DNA of 47,602 nt from Fibrobacteria bacterium (lineage in GTDB: Bacteria > Fibrobacterota > Fibrobacteria > UBA11236): contig JAYTHY010000139.1 of the NCBI GenBank assembly GCA_043732185.1, positions 1 to 47,602 of the forward strand. The letters are read 5' to 3'. The notes beneath the pieces were generated by a model. That model made no database searches. It worked only from the letters and a program-made list of their open reading frames with translations, and was not told the DNA's origin. Numbering within the stretch: the stretch's first letter is position 1; each line of letters begins with the position of its first letter. A program made the position numbers and the translations under genes. Below are positions 1 to 9,354 of the stretch, piece after piece.

Positions 1-36
1 CAATATTTCGGTGATTTCCAGTTCAGTAAATTCCAT
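1..36 (-). CDS. 5' end of a gene running off the left edge; N-terminus resembles DEAD-box RNA helicases
   Basis: ATG at 36 on the minus strand reads MEFTELEITEIL, similar to the M-x-F-x-E-L-x-L start of DEAD-box helicase Q-motif regions; promoter-like element upstream. Only 12 codons are visible. Confidence 0.3.
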   Translation of the reverse strand, partial: MEFTELEITEIL

Positions 37-52
37 ATTGACCAATGATTAT

Positions 53-81
53 AGTCTAAATTATATGGACGAGGTTGTCAA
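53..81 (-). promoter_or_regulatory. Sigma70-type promoter
   Basis: Minus strand TTGACA (81-76), 17-nt spacer, TAGACT (58-53); an overlapping TATAAT lies at 53-48. Confidence 0.5.
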
Positions 82-156
82 ATACCCTGAGTAGTTACCT
101 TTATTCTTAAATAGACTTAGCCTCGACCAGCATGCAAAGTGTCTGCAGCCTAGAGG

Positions 157-627
157 TCATCCGCCTTTCAAAGGCCATTCTTTTCGCTTTTGCCCTTCAT
201 AATCCGGTACTTGACGCACGTATTCTCCATCCATAAAGGGCGAGGAAAACATAAAATCTGCCGAGGCGATATTGCTGACTACGGGAATGTTCCAAACCAC
301 GGCAATGCGGAGCAATGCGCGTACATCCGGGTCATGAGGCTGTGCCGCTAAAGGGTCCCAGAAAAACACCAGGCAATCAATTTTCCCTTCCGAGATCATT
401 GCGCCGATTTCCAAATCACCTCCCAATGGGCCACTGCGTAATTTTTCCACAGGAAGCTTGGTTTCCTTTTCGATTAATCCGCCCGTGGTTCCGGTTGCGA
501 AAAGAGTATGTCTGGAGAGGCTGTCACGGTGTCGTTTGGCCCACTCAACTATTTCTGCTTTTTTATGATCATGGGCGACTAGGGCGATTTGCTTTCGCTT
601 TGGCATGGGTATTTTTTGGTATTCCAC
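157..627 (-). CDS. mgsA: Methylglyoxal synthase
   Basis: Motifs IALVAHD, ATGTTG, SGPLGGD, FFWDPL..QPHDPDV..LLR; GTG start preceded by AGGAG. Confidence 0.95.
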   Translation of the reverse strand: MEYQKIPMPKRKQIALVAHDHKKAEIVEWAKRHRDSLSRHTLFATGTTGGLIEKETKLPVEKLRSGPLGGDLEIGAMISEGKIDCLVFFWDPLAAQPHDPDVRALLRIAVVWNIPVVSNIASADFMFSSPFMDGEYVRQVPDYEGQKRKEWPLKGG

Positions 628-887
628 TTTTTTCTCCTGGCTCGGTCCGGTAAGAATCGGGCTACTTTACATAAAGATACCAAGGGATGGCGTACCATAC
701 CGTACGGTCCATACCAGTAGTGGGAAATTAATTCCCGAAAACCTACGGTAGTTGCCTGTGTGGATGAATTGAGGGACCTTCTCTTGGGCAATATCTTTTC
801 ATCATGACTTAAGGGTCTTGGCCAGGCAGGGGAAACCTGGACTTGACCCTGGATATTGCGACACCATTAAATTATTAGGGGGCTATT

Positions 888-2363
888 ATGAATTTTATGC
901 ATAGGACGATTTTAACCGGAACTGCGCTTGTCTTTCTGGCGGCCATGGGGGCTGGAGCGGCCATTATAACCGGTGTAGTCACCACAGGTGGTGGCGCTGG
1001 AACACCCGTGGCAGGTGCTAAAGTTGTACTGACGTCCGGATTCGGGGGAGGTGGTGGAGGCACCCGGCTTGATTCTGCGGTGACCGGTGCTACGGGAGTC
1101 TATGCTTTTACTACAGATTCACTGGGATTCAAACAAGTTTTAGTCACCAAAACCGGTTACCAAAACGCTCAGGGCTTTACCAATGTGCAAAGCCGAACGG
1201 GTACCTATACAGTGAATGTTCAGTTAACTGCTACTGGCGGTGGAGGTAGAATTGGAACTGTGTCGGGCACCGTCCGTGCTGGTTCAGCAACAGGCACTCC
1301 AATTGCCAATGCCTTGGTGATCATTATCGGAGCTGGCGGTGGTGGAACCGGGGCCTCTCTGGACAGTACTCGGACTAATGCCAAAGGAGTGTATACTTTT
1401 GACAGCGTTGCAGCCGTGAATAACTTTACCGTAAGGGTTACGGCAACTGGCTACAATCCCGCCATGAACAACAATGTTGACGTAACCACTGGCGTTACAA
1501 CAACTGCAAACTTTACCCTAACTGCCGTGGTGGGTCCGGGTTTGCCAGGTTCCGTTTCGGGCACCATTCGCAACAGTGCTGGTGCGGCTGCGCTCGCCGG
1601 CGCAAAAGTTGTTCTCATTCGTACCTCTGGGGGAACGGCCCGGATCGATAGCATGGTGACTGCGGCAGATGGCCATTATGCTTTTGATAGCGTAGCGGCA
1701 TTAACCAATTACACCGTTACGGTTACTGCTACAGGATTCCAGACGGCTTCCACTACAAATATCGCCGTCGCCTCTAATATCACATCGACCGTTGACTTTA
1801 GCCTAATCGCCAGTACTGTTACCATCACAACTGGCAGCATCATCGGTCATGTCACTAATGTTGGGAAGGCCGTCATTGCCGGGGCGAAGGTCGTTCTATC
1901 CCGCACGGGAAATGGTGGCGGCAACGGTAAAATTGATTCAACGGTGACCAATTCAGCTGGCCAGTACACTTTTGATAGCATTCCTGCCTTGCAGAACTAT
2001 ACGGTTACAGTAAGTGCTGCAGGTTACCAGGGTGCGGTCAATAATAATGTTGACTTAATCGCCGGTCAGGCAGAGCTGGCTGATTTCATCTTGGTTTCCA
2101 ACAGCACAGCGGTGCGGTTTGCCGGAAGCGCAGGATCTGCATTCCGAATTTCAAACATCTCAGCCGCTCTCTCTGTGGATTTCGCTCCCTCCTCTACTGC
2201 CGGTAGCCTCAGTGCTTTCAGTGTGGTCGGCGCGCAGACTCTTTCTGTGGCAATTCCGGCCGGCGCAAGGCATTTAACGATGTCGAGCCGCCGCGGGGTT
2301 AGCTACTTGGTGTTAAATCGTGGGGGCCGGATGGAAAGGCTTGCCGTACCCGCCGAATTCTGA
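888..2363 (+). CDS. Secreted protein with four carboxypeptidase-regulatory-like (prealbumin-fold) repeats and a C-terminal sorting-like domain
   Basis: Signal peptide; four ~95-aa repeats (G-x-V..AGAKVVL..Gly-rich..DS..T...G.Y.F..NYTV.V.A.GYQ..NV.V..G...F.L); no catalytic domain evident. Confidence 0.75.
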   Translation: MNFMHRTILTGTALVFLAAMGAGAAIITGVVTTGGGAGTPVAGAKVVLTSGFGGGGGGTRLDSAVTGATGVYAFTTDSLGFKQVLVTKTGYQNAQGFTNVQSRTGTYTVNVQLTATGGGGRIGTVSGTVRAGSATGTPIANALVIIIGAGGGGTGASLDSTRTNAKGVYTFDSVAAVNNFTVRVTATGYNPAMNNNVDVTTGVTTTANFTLTAVVGPGLPGSVSGTIRNSAGAAALAGAKVVLIRTSGGTARIDSMVTAADGHYAFDSVAALTNYTVTVTATGFQTASTTNIAVASNITSTVDFSLIASTVTITTGSIIGHVTNVGKAVIAGAKVVLSRTGNGGGNGKIDSTVTNSAGQYTFDSIPALQNYTVTVSAAGYQGAVNNNVDLIAGQAELADFILVSNSTAVRFAGSAGSAFRISNISAALSVDFAPSSTAGSLSAFSVVGAQTLSVAIPAGARHLTMSSRRGVSYLVLNRGGRMERLAVPAEF

Positions 2364-2396
2364 TTTGGCTGCTGAATCCAACCTTTGAAACGTTGC

Positions 2397-2433
2397 CCCA
2401 CCTGTCCACTCTGGCAGGTGGGTTTTATTTTTT
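2397..2433 (+). terminator. Rho-independent terminator
   Basis: Hairpin CCCACCTG(T)CCA-ctc-TGGCAGGTGGG followed by TTTTATTTTTT, ~35 nt after the stop at 2363. Confidence 0.7.
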
Positions 2434-2494
2434 ATCCACCCTTCCGGCTAATGCTCATGGTAGAAGGGGATTTCTATATTCCGAAATAATTCCT

Positions 2495-3163
2495 ATGACC
2501 GGCCCTGGTTTTAATCGCATTTTTAGCACCCTCTTTCAGTTGGCCGTTATTTCCGTTTGGTCAAATGAAATTCAACAAAAGGAAACCCATTTTCCTGATG
2601 GAAAAATTAAAGAGCATTACAGCTACTACTTAGATGAGAAAAAACATGAAGTCCGAGATGGCCTAGCCGAGGAATTTTTTCCTGGTGGTAACAAAAAAGG
2701 TGAAATCCAATGGCAGGCCGGTAAGGAAAACGGCTTCGTGGTGTATTATCATCCAAATGGCCGAAAATCTTATGAAGCGAATTATTTGCTGGGTAAAAAA
2801 ACGGGCTTCGCAACCGTATGGTATGAAAATGGACAAAAACAATGGCAAACTGTATTTCGTGCCGGGCTGACCCACGGGGTTTGGCGAGAATGGTACCTGG
2901 ATGGGAAAAAAAAATTCGAGGCAAATTATAACGATGGAAAGTTGCAGGGCTTGGCCACTTGGTGGCATGACAATGGGCATATTTGGCAGGAGCGCACTTT
3001 TTTGGCAGGCCAGTTGGTGACTGGGTCCGTGAGAGAGTGGGACAAGGTCGGTAAGCAGTTGTACCCTCCGTTGGACAATCAGGGCACCGATAGCCAGATA
3101 CCTTTAGAGCCCGGTAAACGGGATCCATCCGGCAGTAAAACCGATTCAGTATCAGTTAAGTAG
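2495..3163 (+). CDS. MORN-variant repeat (YwqK-like) exported protein
   Basis: Tandem Y/W-x-x-NG-x-K...E-x-x-Y/F-x-x-GK-x-x-G repeats; start moved to ATG 2495 because the longer ORF runs through the upstream terminator; hydrophobic N-terminal segment. Confidence 0.8.
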   Translation: MTGPGFNRIFSTLFQLAVISVWSNEIQQKETHFPDGKIKEHYSYYLDEKKHEVRDGLAEEFFPGGNKKGEIQWQAGKENGFVVYYHPNGRKSYEANYLLGKKTGFATVWYENGQKQWQTVFRAGLTHGVWREWYLDGKKKFEANYNDGKLQGLATWWHDNGHIWQERTFLAGQLVTGSVREWDKVGKQLYPPLDNQGTDSQIPLEPGKRDPSGSKTDSVSVK

Positions 3164-3178
3164 GAAAGGATCGGGAGT

Positions 3179-3730
3179 ATGGTAAAAGTGTCTAAGAGTA
3201 ATAAGAGCAAGAAAACCAAGGGTCCGGCAGCTTCTCAGCCAAAAGATAAGCCTCCGATAGTGGGCATTATAATGGGTAGCATTTCAGACTGGGAGACGAT
3301 GAAGGAGGCCGCCAAAATTTTACAGGAGCTTTCCATTCCCCATGAACGCAAAGTGGTTTCTGCCCACCGAACTCCCAACTTAATGGTCGAGTACGCCCAA
3401 TCAGCCCGCCAACGGGGCTTGCAAGTCATTATCGCTGGAGCCGGGGGCGCAGCGCACTTACCTGGAATGACTGCTTCACTGACCTCCTTGCCGGTTATCG
3501 GAGTGCCGGTCACTTCCAAACATTTGAACGGGATGGACTCACTGCTATCCATCGCCCAAATGCCGGCCGGTATCCCCGTTGCTACCATGGCTATCGGCAA
3601 TGCCAAAAACGCAGGTTTAATGGCTGCCCGCATTCTGGCGATTAAATATCCGGAAATCGCCAAGGCAGTGGACAATCATCGGCTTTCCTTGGATAAAGAC
3701 GTCAGAGCCATGAAGTTCCCGGAGGAATAA
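3179..3730 (+). CDS. purE: N5-carboxyaminoimidazole ribonucleotide mutase
   Basis: [48 protein letters not shown]. Confidence 0.97.
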   Translation: MVKVSKSNKSKKTKGPAASQPKDKPPIVGIIMGSISDWETMKEAAKILQELSIPHERKVVSAHRTPNLMVEYAQSARQRGLQVIIAGAGGAAHLPGMTASLTSLPVIGVPVTSKHLNGMDSLLSIAQMPAGIPVATMAIGNAKNAGLMAARILAIKYPEIAKAVDNHRLSLDKDVRAMKFPEE

Positions 3731-3731
3731 A

Positions 3732-4874
3732 TTGAAGTTCATACTTCCGGGATCGACTCTGGGTATTTTGGGCGGAGGCCAGTTAGGCCGGATGTTCGCC
3801 CTGGAAGCCAAGCGCATGGGTTACCGCGTTGTTACCCTGGAGCCGGCTGTGGATTCACCTTGCGGACAGGTGGCTGATGAGCAGATTCTTGCCGAGTATA
3901 CCGATCAGGATGCCTTGCGCCGGCTGTCGGCCGTTTCGGATGTTGTCACCTACGAGTTTGAAAATATCGATGCGCGTGCCGTGGAGTTCCTGGAAGCATT
4001 AGGCAAGCCCGTGCATCCGAGTAGCCGTGTCTTGCGCATCAGCCAGGATCGGCTTTTGGAAAAAAAATTCCTGCGGGAATCGGGCTTGGCGGTTACTGAA
4101 TTCATGCCGGTGGGTTCACCAGAGGAGATTGCCGAAGCGGCGATTAAAATTGGACTTCCGGCAGTTATCAAGACGGTAACCGGCGGATACGATGGCAAAG
4201 GCCAGGCTGTGGTTGCCGACCTTGCCTCCGCCTTAGCGGCCTTCCAGCGGCTTTACAATGGGCAGCCTTTGATCTGGGAAAGCAAGGTCCCATTTCTTAT
4301 GGAACTGAGTGTCATTGCTTGCAGGGGGATCGATGGTAAGGCCAAAGCTTATCCCGTTTCCGAAAACATCCATGTCGAAAATATTTTGGATATGTCACTG
4401 GTTCCTGCGCGCATTTCGACGACAGCGATGGCTAAGGCTCAGGCCATGGCAGAGAAGGTGGGTGAAGCGTTGGGAATCATCGGCACTTATTGTGTCGAAC
4501 TTTTCTTGACAAAGGATGAAGGCCTTCTCGTAAATGAAATCGCACCTCGGCCGCACAATTCCGGTCACTATACTTTGGATGCCTGTAACTGTTCGCAATT
4601 TGAACAACAAGTACGCGCTATTTGTGGGCTTCCCCTTGGGTCCACTCAAGCCCGAGAACCATCCGTGATGGTGAACCTCATCGGCGATGGACAAGGGAAC
4701 ACTTTGCAGGGCGTCGATGCAGCGCTGCAACTGGACAATCTCACCTTACATCTTTATGGAAAAACTCAGGCATTAGCTAAGCGGAAAATGGGTCACTTTA
4801 CCGTGACGGGGGATACATTAGAAGCAGCGCTGTCCACCGCACAAATCGGTCGAAGTTTGCTGCATTGGCGTTGA
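3732..4874 (+). CDS. purK: N5-carboxyaminoimidazole ribonucleotide synthase
   Basis: GILGGGQLGRM, TYEFEN, GYDGKGQ, NEIAPRPHNSGH, RKMGH; directly follows purE. Confidence 0.97.
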   Translation: MKFILPGSTLGILGGGQLGRMFALEAKRMGYRVVTLEPAVDSPCGQVADEQILAEYTDQDALRRLSAVSDVVTYEFENIDARAVEFLEALGKPVHPSSRVLRISQDRLLEKKFLRESGLAVTEFMPVGSPEEIAEAAIKIGLPAVIKTVTGGYDGKGQAVVADLASALAAFQRLYNGQPLIWESKVPFLMELSVIACRGIDGKAKAYPVSENIHVENILDMSLVPARISTTAMAKAQAMAEKVGEALGIIGTYCVELFLTKDEGLLVNEIAPRPHNSGHYTLDACNCSQFEQQVRAICGLPLGSTQAREPSVMVNLIGDGQGNTLQGVDAALQLDNLTLHLYGKTQALAKRKMGHFTVTGDTLEAALSTAQIGRSLLHWR

Positions 4875-5143
4875 TGGAAACGGCTTAGCCTTCGACATGT
4901 TTTTTTATTCTGTCGCTAAAGTTTTCTTTCCTTCGGTAAAGTATTTTGAGTTTTCCAACCACATAAAATTAAAGAACCCCAAATGACTTAAGGCTTGCTC
5001 CGTCATCCTTAATGCTTTTCAGGGTATTCGTGGATGAACTTTGCAATTACATCCCTGCCAACAGATTTTATTTATCTTAACTTCATTATGACTTGAGGGC
5101 ATTCTTACACACCACGGGAATTGATTTACGAGTGAGGTAATTG

Positions 5144-5665
5144 ATGGATGTAAATACTTACGATCAGACGCATGAACTGGCCGACATGTTATACACCGAG
5201 TTGCAAACCCTTTACCGGGATCAGAAGCTCAACCAGTTTGAGGAGAAGCTGAAAGAAATTTCCGCAAATCTTCCCAAAGGGTATTCCCTCACCGTAAATT
5301 TCTCCGTGGAAGTCTTCGACGAGAATCGCGAAAAATCTTTGAAGACTACCGATACGGGTATCACTTGCATGGATGGCTCGCGTCCCTATCTCAGCTCCAA
5401 TGAATCATCGCCCGCCAAGTATATTGTGGATGGGGTGATGATGAAAGTTCCCCATGACCATTGTCCCAATTGCTGGTCATTGTGGAGTTTTAAATCCCGG
5501 GTCAGGGAGTGTCGTGAATGCGGCTATCGTATGGGCAAGGAAATTAAATTGCTTTTGGACACAAATGTCTGTCCGCACTGCGAAAACAGCCCAATTTCAC
5601 TGCATAACCCTCAATGCGAGAAGTGCGGTTACGTAGCCGATCAGAATATAGTTAGCTGGGGTTAA
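5144..5665 (+). CDS. Hypothetical protein with C-terminal double zinc ribbon
   Basis: Four CxxC pairs (CPNC, CREC, CPHC, CEKC); GAGGT Shine-Dalgarno before ATG 5144. Confidence 0.7.
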   Translation: MDVNTYDQTHELADMLYTELQTLYRDQKLNQFEEKLKEISANLPKGYSLTVNFSVEVFDENREKSLKTTDTGITCMDGSRPYLSSNESSPAKYIVDGVMMKVPHDHCPNCWSLWSFKSRVRECRECGYRMGKEIKLLLDTNVCPHCENSPISLHNPQCEKCGYVADQNIVSWG

Positions 5666-5701
5666 GTCCCATGCTGGGCCGGCTTGGCCCAACGGAGGCG
5701 A

Positions 5702-5731
5702 TTGCATCGACCAAGCCCAAGTTGGTATACT
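5702..5731 (+). promoter_or_regulatory. Extended -10 promoter positioned for a leaderless transcript
   Basis: TTGCAT (5702-5707), 18 nt, TATACT (5726-5731) preceded by TG-n; ATG 7 nt downstream with no Shine-Dalgarno. Confidence 0.55.
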
Positions 5732-5738
5732 CCATAAC

Positions 5739-6134
5739 ATGACTGAATTGCCCTCAAACCAGGATATTGAGGAGCTCGTCCGCCGCTTGGAGTCCTCGCC
5801 ATACCCGATTGCGGATATTCGCGAAGCTGGCCAGATTCTGGTTGGCGTGCAGCCGCATGACCTCAGTTATAAAATGGCTATTAAATTTTCCGACTCTACT
5901 CATGCGCAGGTACGGCAACTTGGTATGGCCATGATGGAGGCCGTTGCTCCGCATTCAGAAGCTGCTCAGGGATTTCTTTCCGGAGCCCGGGAAGCTGCAA
6001 GATTGATGCAAAATGGATCATTGGGCTCGGAGGAGATCAAGCCAGCCGCGCCGGATTATTCCGCTCTTGGGCAAGTCATTAAAATGATGCTGCGCCAAGG
6101 GCGTGAAAATCGGGGAAAAGGTGCCAAACGATAA
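5739..6134 (+). CDS. Hypothetical helical protein
   Basis: 131-aa ORF filling the gap with a promoter directly upstream; a HEAT-like segment (SDSTHAQVRQLG); no family recognised. Confidence 0.6.
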   Translation: MTELPSNQDIEELVRRLESSPYPIADIREAGQILVGVQPHDLSYKMAIKFSDSTHAQVRQLGMAMMEAVAPHSEAAQGFLSGAREAARLMQNGSLGSEEIKPAAPDYSALGQVIKMMLRQGRENRGKGAKR

Positions 6135-6179
6135 TCCGAATTTGAATTACTACTTTCTCCGATATTCACGGAGGTAGGT

Positions 6180-6641
6180 ATGCGGTTTCCACCTGGATTA
6201 TTGGTCTTTAGTACGGTTTTATCCAGTACATTGCTGTTAAGTTCCTTTTTTGGATGCGCCAAACATGGAACCCGAACCGCTACTTTCGGTACCTCAGAAG
6301 AATTGCTCTCTCCCGGCGTTTACAGTGCGCAAAGCCAGGATTCTAAGGGGATGGCCACCAAACTCAGTTTGAACCAGAACAAAACCTTTTCGCGAAAGAA
6401 ATTTCAAGGTCCGTGCCTGTTATTGGAGAATCGTGGAGAATGGAAATCCGATCACGATGCCATTGAATTTCACCTGACGGAAGTCCGGAAGCGCAACGAT
6501 TGCAATACCGAAGATTGGCAGGTGGAAAAAGTGGACAGCCTCACTTCGCGAATGCTTCGCAACATCACTCCCAACGCCTTTGACGTTCTTGATCAGGAAG
6601 AAGACGTATCGGCCCAGTGGGTGCGATTCCTCAAACGTTGA
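6180..6641 (+). CDS. Putative lipoprotein (NlpE-N-like beta fold possible)
   Basis: GGAGGT RBS; hydrophobic stretch ending in a lipobox-like FFGC; pattern GVY..L.L..N.TF...GEW. Confidence 0.65.
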   Translation: MRFPPGLLVFSTVLSSTLLLSSFFGCAKHGTRTATFGTSEELLSPGVYSAQSQDSKGMATKLSLNQNKTFSRKKFQGPCLLLENRGEWKSDHDAIEFHLTEVRKRNDCNTEDWQVEKVDSLTSRMLRNITPNAFDVLDQEEDVSAQWVRFLKR

Positions 6642-6676
6642 TCGAATTTTAAAAACGATATCAAAAATTTTTTGGG

Positions 6677-7711
6677 TCAAGCAGTAAGGTTGGAATTGCC
6701 CTTAGGACGATATATTAGTTCAACGTCCTCCATTTGAGGCACGTTCATCAATTGTTTGAGCACCGTGGGCAAGTCAAAGCCCTCGAAAAGCAAGGCATGA
6801 AGTCCTTCCAGAATATGCATACGGATCTGTAGTTGTTGGGCTTTTTGTTTGACGATGCGGATGGTATTCACGCCTTCGGCGACTTCGCCAATTTGGGCCA
6901 CGGCGGATTCTAAAGACAAGCCCTCTCCAAGCATGCGGCCAATTCGGAAATTGCGGCTTAATGGTGAGGTGCAAGTGGTTACAAGGTCGCCTACGCCGGA
7001 TAGGCCTAAAAAAGTTAAGGGATTCGCGCCCATTTTGGCGGCAAACCGGCTCATCTCCGCCAAGGCGCGGGTGATGAGCATGCCCATCGTATTGTCTCCC
7101 ATATTGAGAGCCGTTATCAGTCCAGTGGCAATGGCATACACGTTTTTGAGCACGCCTCCGAGTTCAACGCCATAGACATCGTGATTGCTATAGACCCGGA
7201 AATAGGGACCGGAAAGCACGGACTGGACCTTGAGAATTACTTCGTCGTATCGGCTGGCAATAACAGTACCACTTGGTTTTTGGGCTGCGATTTCTTTGGC
7301 CAAGTTTGGGCCGGATAAAGCGCCAATCTTGAGGCAGCAGGTTTCTTCGCGTAGAATTTCAGTCATCAGTTTAAAGGAATTGGCTTCGATTCCTTTAGTG
7401 GTGGAAACCAGGATATGCGCACCATTAACCCAATCGCCCAATTGATGCGACACTTCCCGGAAGTAGAGGCTGGGTATGGAAATAATAAGCAGCTGGGCGG
7501 ACCGAGCTACAATTCCCAGATCGTGCGTGGCGGTAATATTGGCATGCAAAGTTCGGCCAGGCAGGTACTTCAGGTTCTGGTGTGTTGCATTGAACGCTTC
7601 GGCTGATTCTTGGGTACGATGCCAATGCAAGACTTTATGGCCTTTAACGCCGACCATGTCCGCGAGTGCGCTTCCAAAACTGCCGGCACCCAGTACGCCT
7701 ATGGTTTCCAT
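6677..7711 (-). CDS. gpsA: NAD(P)H-dependent glycerol-3-phosphate dehydrogenase
   Basis: GAGSFG Rossmann motif, TTKGIE, LSGPNLA.E, GVELGGVLKN, GLSGVGDLVTTC.S..SRN; start placed at METIG (7711). Confidence 0.95.
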   Translation of the reverse strand: METIGVLGAGSFGSALADMVGVKGHKVLHWHRTQESAEAFNATHQNLKYLPGRTLHANITATHDLGIVARSAQLLIISIPSLYFREVSHQLGDWVNGAHILVSTTKGIEANSFKLMTEILREETCCLKIGALSGPNLAKEIAAQKPSGTVIASRYDEVILKVQSVLSGPYFRVYSNHDVYGVELGGVLKNVYAIATGLITALNMGDNTMGMLITRALAEMSRFAAKMGANPLTFLGLSGVGDLVTTCTSPLSRNFRIGRMLGEGLSLESAVAQIGEVAEGVNTIRIVKQKAQQLQIRMHILEGLHALLFEGFDLPTVLKQLMNVPQMEDVELIYRPKGNSNLTA

Positions 7712-7721
7712 TCCATCCCTT

Positions 7722-9338
7722 TCATGGGCTGGCGTCCAGGCCATAATGATCCAGTCGGTTGCGGTAATAATACAGCAACTTCATATTCATTGTATAGATG
7801 CCATCCCGATTCTCCCGTAGAGCTTCTCCATCGTGAAAGCTTCGAAAGTGTTGCATGGCTTTGGCAAAGATTTCTCCAGCGCCTTCTGCCTGCAGCTCCT
7901 GGGCCAGCACGATTTCGCCACGACTTTCCATGGTGCGTAATTTTTCCAGAAAGAGCCGCATCTGTTCCACCACTTCACTCCTGGAAACAGGATGGTCCGG
8001 ACCTTCCGTACGGAGCAGCCGGTAGAGATCATACTGCACATGCTGTCTTTGCATTAGAGTGAAAACGGTAAAGGCAGTGATGTGAGTGCTGAGAACCACA
8101 TTGTTGCGACGATACGAGGCAAGTAGATTGCGGCCCAGTTCACGCGTGTATTCCTGATCGCGCTGCGCATTGTGAGCGGCGACACCAGCCGCCTCCACGT
8201 ATTTACTGCGGTCAACCTTGCGGCCATGAGCATCGCGGCTGACTCCATTCTCATCAACCTTGTTGCCAAAGAGGTCCAGCGGTTCGCCGAAATGCATGTG
8301 AATTTTAGACTCCATGCTTTGCAGGTTTCGCCAAAAATTGAGAACCCGCATGGGGCGATTGAAATCATTGCGAATGCGTATGTATCGACTTTTACCTGTT
8401 TCCTTCAAGTGGTCGTCCACTAAAGAACGTGCCTCTAGAACCAAGCCGTAAGACAACGTGCAGGGAATGACAAAAAGATCCGGATTTGGTTTTCCTGCCA
8501 AAAGGTTGGACGTGTACACTTTGATGCCGCAGCCCAAGAGTCCCAGTTTAAGGTGCTGTTCTATTTCTCCACTGCGACTGCGTGTTCCTCCCGGGAAAAA
8601 AAGATTGTGCTGTCCCATTTCCATGGACAAGGTTGCATATTCTTTCAACGCGGATTTATAAATGCCGTTCTTTTTTCGACGGTCTACCTTGTAGGCGCCG
8701 AGGTTGTTCATGAAGAAGGCTAAGATAGGGTTGCTGAATAGATTGAGTCCTGCGCCATACGTGAAGGGCGGCAGACGGAGCATATATAATCCAAGCCCAA
8801 TGGCGATGCTGTCGAGGTTGCTTACGTGCGTGGGCGCCATGATAAGAGTGGCTTTAGTCCCGAGTTTCCTTATTTGGTCTACCGGACCTGTAATAGTGAG
8901 GTTTTCCTCCAAGCTGAGTTTGGTTCCCAGGAATTTGAGTAAGGAAGCCGGCGAGAAACTGCTTAACAGCGCTTTGAGTCCCCACGGAATGATGCGGGCC
9001 ACTATGCCGTGGATGACCGGGTTGAAATACCCCATGATCTCGTCCACATAACTTTCGACTATTCGGCCAAGAATGGCCTCTCGTTCCGTTTCGGTGACTT
9101 GATGGAATTCATGCCCGACCTTATTCCAGAAACGAGCCTGTTCACGGTTTGCCTTTCCAGTCTTTTCGCCCCGTAGCCGTTCCAGTTCCTGGTAAACCGC
9201 ATCATTGATGATTATCTCCAAGGAAAGATTTGGGGTTTTGAGGCACAGGTCCTTTTGTTCTGCAATCGTTCGCCGAACGACTTCCCGTTTTACGTGTTCG
9301 CGTTGCTCAACGCTGAGCTGCAGTCCAATATTTGCCAC
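7722..9338 (-). CDS. Glycerol-3-phosphate acyltransferase, PlsB-like
   Basis: HxxxxD motif (THVSNLD), GAGLNL, GAYKVDR, FFPGGTRSRSG, FVIPCTLSY; lies directly upstream of gpsA. Confidence 0.85.
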   Translation of the reverse strand: MANIGLQLSVEQREHVKREVVRRTIAEQKDLCLKTPNLSLEIIINDAVYQELERLRGEKTGKANREQARFWNKVGHEFHQVTETEREAILGRIVESYVDEIMGYFNPVIHGIVARIIPWGLKALLSSFSPASLLKFLGTKLSLEENLTITGPVDQIRKLGTKATLIMAPTHVSNLDSIAIGLGLYMLRLPPFTYGAGLNLFSNPILAFFMNNLGAYKVDRRKKNGIYKSALKEYATLSMEMGQHNLFFPGGTRSRSGEIEQHLKLGLLGCGIKVYTSNLLAGKPNPDLFVIPCTLSYGLVLEARSLVDDHLKETGKSRYIRIRNDFNRPMRVLNFWRNLQSMESKIHMHFGEPLDLFGNKVDENGVSRDAHGRKVDRSKYVEAAGVAAHNAQRDQEYTRELGRNLLASYRRNNVVLSTHITAFTVFTLMQRQHVQYDLYRLLRTEGPDHPVSRSEVVEQMRLFLEKLRTMESRGEIVLAQELQAEGAGEIFAKAMQHFRSFHDGEALRENRDGIYTMNMKLLYYYRNRLDHYGLDASP

Positions 9339-9354
9339 AGTTTAAATTTCTGGT

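Noticed and set aside
690..740. Short palindromes (ACCGTACGGT; GGGAAATTAATTCCC) between the divergent mgsA and 888 genes
   Set aside because: They could be operators, but each occurs once and chance cannot be excluded.
2495..3163. YwqK-like protein as part of a toxin-antitoxin system
   Set aside because: There is no adjacent toxin gene; MORN-variant repeats are common in stand-alone exported proteins.
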